Source of the DNA: Dehalococcoidia bacterium
Lineage (GTDB): Bacteria; Chloroflexota; Dehalococcoidia; Lucifugimonadales; JADFKI01
Assembly: GCA_965207465.1 (NCBI GenBank)
Contig: OZ242283.1
Coordinates: 1,094,429-1,158,428 of the forward strand
DNA length: 64,000 bases
Direction of reading: 5' to 3'
The position numbers were made by a program, and so were the translations under genes. Shown piece after piece: positions 60,899 through 64,000 of the stretch. Under the pieces are notes generated by a model. The model saw only the letters and a program-made list of their open reading frames with translations, was not told the DNA's origin and did no database searches. Each line of letters opens with the position of its first letter. The stretch's first letter is position 1.

Positions 60899-61156
60899 TT
60901 CATCGAGATAAGAAGTGTAGGAATACTAATGCCAGAATTCAACTTTAGCGGAATAGCCATAATCGCGATTGCAATGAATGAGTATAGCACGCTTCGAATG
61001 CATGACTCTCCAAATTTGGGATGTAAGCGCGATTCCTGAATTATCTTGCTACACAAAAGTCTTTCTGATACCGTTTCAAGTGGTGGCTTGTGTCTTTACT
61101 GCACTTCATGGCATCGCCTTCCACACACGTCGCCAGGTGCCGGAAAAGCAAAACCT

Positions 61157-62719
61157 ATGGTAGTTCGCAGAAGAGTAGATGACGCGCTGGACGGCCTCAA
61201 TACGAGGCGCGAGCAAGGTCGCTTAGGCGGCGGCTCAAGGCGCATCGAGGCGCAGCACAGGCGTGGCAAGCTAACCGCTCGCGAGCGGCTTGATCTCCTA
61301 TTCGACGAAGGCAGTTTCGAGGAACTCGACGCATTCGCGCAACACCGCGCCACTGAGTTCGGCCTGACGGAGCAAAAATTCCTGGGCGATGCGGTCGTTA
61401 CGGGCTACGGCAGAGTCAAAGGCCGGCTCACATTCGCGTACTCCCAGGATTTCACGGTGCTGGGCGGCTCGCTTTCAGAAGTGGTCGGGAAGAAGATATG
61501 CAAGGCAATGGACCTTGCGGCGAACAGCGGCGCGCCTATGGTTGGGCTGATCGACTCGGGCGGCGCGCGCATTCAAGAGGGTGTGCTGAGCCTCGCCGGC
61601 TATGCCGACATCTTCCTTCGCAATGTGCGCTCATCCGGCGTGACTCCACAAATCTCCGTAATTCTTGGACCCGCGGCAGGCGGCGCGACGTACTCCCCCG
61701 CTCTAACAGACTTCATCTTCATGGTCAGGGGCACAGGGCAGATGTACATTACGGGGCCTGACGTTATTCGTGCCGTCACGGGCGAAGAAGTCAGCCACGA
61801 GCAGCTAGGAGGAGCGGACAGCCACGCCTCGCGAAGCGGAGTGGCGCACTTTGCCAGAGAATCGGAGGAAGCCTGCATTGCCGAGGTTCAGCGGCTGCTG
61901 AGTTTCCTGCCGCAGAACAACATGGAAGACCCTCCCCGCTACGACGCCTTTGACGATCCTCAGCGCAGGGAAGACGACCTGTTGCACATCATTCCGGATA
62001 ATTCGAACGCGCCTTACGATATGACGCAGATTATCGAGCGGATTGTGGACGACGGAGATTTCATGCAGGTCCACGAGGCATACGCGCGAAACGTAATAGT
62101 CGGCTTCGCGCGCATGGACGGCAGAAGCGTGGGAATTGTCGCACAGCAGCCGTCGCACCTTGCCGGCGTGCTGGACATCGACGCGTCGGGCAAGGCGGCG
62201 CGCTTTGTACGCTTCTGCGACGCTTTCAACATCCCACTGATTACCTACGTAGATGTGCCGGGGTTTCTACCGGGCACGGACCAGGAGTACGGCGGCATCA
62301 TCCGGCACGGCGCGAAGCTCATATACGCTTATGCGGAGGCGAGCGTTCCCAAGATTAGCGTGCTCACTCGCAAGGCTTACGGTGGCGCATACATCGTGAT
62401 GAGCAGCAAGGGCTTACTTGGCGACATCAACTACGCGTGGCCCACAGCGGAAATTGCGGTGATGGGACCGGAGGGCGCAGTCAACATTATCTATCGCAAT
62501 GAGATAGCGTCGGCTGACGATCCCGATGCCGTGCGCTCGGAACTTGTGAAGGATTACGGCGAGCGCCTGGTCAATCCTTATGTCGCCGCGGCGCACGGGC
62601 TGATCGATGATGTAATCGACCCGGCGGACACGAGGTATAAGATCATCCGAGCACTTGAGATGCTGGCAAACAAGCGTGAGATGCTGCCAAGGCGCAAGCA
62701 TGGGAGCATTCCGCTATGA
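61157..62719 (+). CDS. Acyl-CoA carboxyltransferase (methylmalonyl-CoA carboxyltransferase 12S / propionyl-CoA carboxylase beta-like)
   Basis: I place the start at ATG 61157 (MVVRRRVDDALDGL...). Contains GKLTARERLDLLFDEGSF, DSGGARIQEGV and GPAAGGATYSPALTDF. Confidence 0.88.
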   Translation: MVVRRRVDDALDGLNTRREQGRLGGGSRRIEAQHRRGKLTARERLDLLFDEGSFEELDAFAQHRATEFGLTEQKFLGDAVVTGYGRVKGRLTFAYSQDFTVLGGSLSEVVGKKICKAMDLAANSGAPMVGLIDSGGARIQEGVLSLAGYADIFLRNVRSSGVTPQISVILGPAAGGATYSPALTDFIFMVRGTGQMYITGPDVIRAVTGEEVSHEQLGGADSHASRSGVAHFARESEEACIAEVQRLLSFLPQNNMEDPPRYDAFDDPQRREDDLLHIIPDNSNAPYDMTQIIERIVDDGDFMQVHEAYARNVIVGFARMDGRSVGIVAQQPSHLAGVLDIDASGKAARFVRFCDAFNIPLITYVDVPGFLPGTDQEYGGIIRHGAKLIYAYAEASVPKISVLTRKAYGGAYIVMSSKGLLGDINYAWPTAEIAVMGPEGAVNIIYRNEIASADDPDAVRSELVKDYGERLVNPYVAAAHGLIDDVIDPADTRYKIIRALEMLANKREMLPRRKHGSIPL

Positions 62720-62919
62720 CGCAGGAAATGGCAACCAATACCGACCCGACGAAGATAGCTGCTATCGTGGCAGCGGTACAGGCATACCTCGACGGCGAAA
62801 CGCTAGACAATCAGAGCGAGTCTCCCAGTTTAGGCGAGTGGCGCACATTCGCTCTACCCGTCGGCAATGATGTTTTCACTCTGCGAAGTCGCACTTGGAC
62901 AGGGCGTGACCGGACTTAA
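62716..62919 (+). CDS. Small (67 aa) accessory subunit candidate of the carboxyltransferase complex
   Basis: The start overlaps the preceding stop (ATGA). KIAAIVAAVQAYLDGE resembles the small gamma/delta/epsilon subunits of biotin-dependent (de)carboxylases. No TM helix. Confidence 0.5.
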   Translation: MTQEMATNTDPTKIAAIVAAVQAYLDGETLDNQSESPSLGEWRTFALPVGNDVFTLRSRTWTGRDRT

Positions 62920-62932
62920 CACGGCTTAGGAT

Positions 62933-64000
62933 ATGGCTTCAGACTCCGTCAAAATAACCGACACAACGCTCCGGGACGGTCATCAGAGCATAATGGCGAC
63001 CCGCCTGCGCCTCGAAGACATGGTGGACATTGCTCCTACGATGGATTCGGCGGGGTTTGACGCGATGGAGGTCTGGGGCGGCGCGACATTCGATACGGCA
63101 ACGCGGTTTCTTGGGGAAGACCCTTGGGAACGCCTGCGAATCCTGAAGAGCCTGATTCCCAGCACACCCTTGTCGATGCTGCTGCGCGGTCAGTCACTCG
63201 TGGGCTACCGCAACTACGCGGATGATGTGGTTGACGCATTCGTGGCGCAGTCCGCAAGCGCTGGGATCGATATCTTCCGCGTGTTCGACGCGCTCAACGA
63301 CCCGGCGAATGTGCGCCGGGCGGCGCAGGCGGTAAAGCGCGCGAACAAGCACCTCCAACTGGCAATCTGCTACTCCGTTACCGAGGAAGGAAGGCTGGGC
63401 GGTCGCTTTTACAACCTCGACTATTACCTATCGAAGGCGAGGCAGTTCGCTGACCTGGGCGCAGACAGCATCTGCATCAAAGACATGGGTGGACTTCTCG
63501 CGCCTTACGACGCCTATGAGCTGATAGGCGCGCTCAAGAGAACCGTCGATGTTCCCCTGCAACTGCATACTCACTACACGAGCGGTATGGCGACGATGAC
63601 CGCGCTCAAGGCCATCGAGGCAGGGATTGACGGTATTGACACCTGCTGCGCTCCTCTCGCCCTCAGGACGGCACAACCGGCTATCGAGCCTTTGCTATTT
63701 ACGCTTCGTGGCGGCGACAGGGAACTTTCCGTCAACTTTGAAAAAGTATTGGAGATTGACGATTACTTCGAGCGCATTCTCCCGAAGTACCGGCGTCATC
63801 TTGAAAGCGCTCGCGTCTCGGTCATCGACGCCAGAGTTCTAGACCACCAGATTCCCGGAGGCATGATGAGCAATCTTGCCTCTCAGCTACGTGAAGCGGA
63901 CTCGATTGACAGGCTTGACGAAGTGCTTGAAGAGATACCTCGCACCCGCAGGGACCTGGGTTATCCTCCGCTGGTAACTCCGCTTAGCCAGATGACCGGC
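62933..64000 (+). CDS. Pyruvate/oxaloacetate carboxyltransferase (transcarboxylase 5S / OadA / PycB-like), 5' part running off the right edge
   Basis: Open from ATG 62933 to the window end (356 codons). Contains ITDTTLRDGHQS, KDMGGLL, LHTHYTSGMA and HQIPGGMMSN. Confidence 0.88.
   Translation, partial: MASDSVKITDTTLRDGHQSIMATRLRLEDMVDIAPTMDSAGFDAMEVWGGATFDTATRFLGEDPWERLRILKSLIPSTPLSMLLRGQSLVGYRNYADDVVDAFVAQSASAGIDIFRVFDALNDPANVRRAAQAVKRANKHLQLAICYSVTEEGRLGGRFYNLDYYLSKARQFADLGADSICIKDMGGLLAPYDAYELIGALKRTVDVPLQLHTHYTSGMATMTALKAIEAGIDGIDTCCAPLALRTAQPAIEPLLFTLRGGDRELSVNFEKVLEIDDYFERILPKYRRHLESARVSVIDARVLDHQIPGGMMSNLASQLREADSIDRLDEVLEEIPRTRRDLGYPPLVTPLSQMTG

Overview
GC-rich chromosomal segment that is mostly housekeeping and catabolic. 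The gene content suggests a Chloroflexota- or Actinomycetota-like, possibly marine or symbiont, genome: an F420-type LLM oxidoreductase, an acVLRF1-type release-factor homologue, lipobox-anchored solute-binding proteins, CRTAC1-like FG-GAP/ASPIC proteins and a thiolase+DUF35 pair. This taxonomic placement is inference only.

Left to right:
- A peptide-type ABC importer (end of the binding protein plus 2 permeases).
- A divergent pair of CRTAC1-like lipoproteins.
- A minus-strand zur-znuA-znuC-znuB operon followed by an NCS2 permease.
- ridA, cof and rbsK, then a large S8 peptidase and pyrD.
- A galactose-binding-like / phosphotriesterase-like / S51 peptidase / SDR cluster.
- A Vms1-like (acVLRF1) peptidyl-tRNA hydrolase homologue.
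- proVWX.
- A minus-strand lactonase / SDR / SDR / LLM / VOC cluster.
- tpx, then thiolase + DUF35 + an unusually long transketolase-like gene.
- A repeat-riddled ORF and ssrA (tmRNA).
- A 6.9-kb zone rich in insertion sequences: an IS remnant, an IS5-family element with a -1 frameshift, and an IS256-family element with a 9-bp target duplication that splits a second S8 peptidase paralog.
- tRNA-Leu(GAG) and tRNA-Cys(GCA).
- glyQS, an sbcD without sbcC, a TlpA-like redoxin, a 59-aa Trm112-like ORF missing from the ORF track, and folK/folP.
- A 12S / small subunit / 5S transcarboxylase-like cluster that runs off the right edge.

I recognised no rRNA, CRISPR array, integrase, prophage or known defence system.

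The most unusual signals:
- A modular family of GC-rich hairpin repeats at 14 or more sites, including in-frame inside an ORF.
- The acVLRF1 homologue, preceded by a 3x11-bp Shine-Dalgarno-like tandem repeat.
- The ssrA-to-tRNA plasticity zone.
- Long tandem-repeat tethers in ZnuA and ProX.

All family assignments come from motif recognition by eye, not from database searches.
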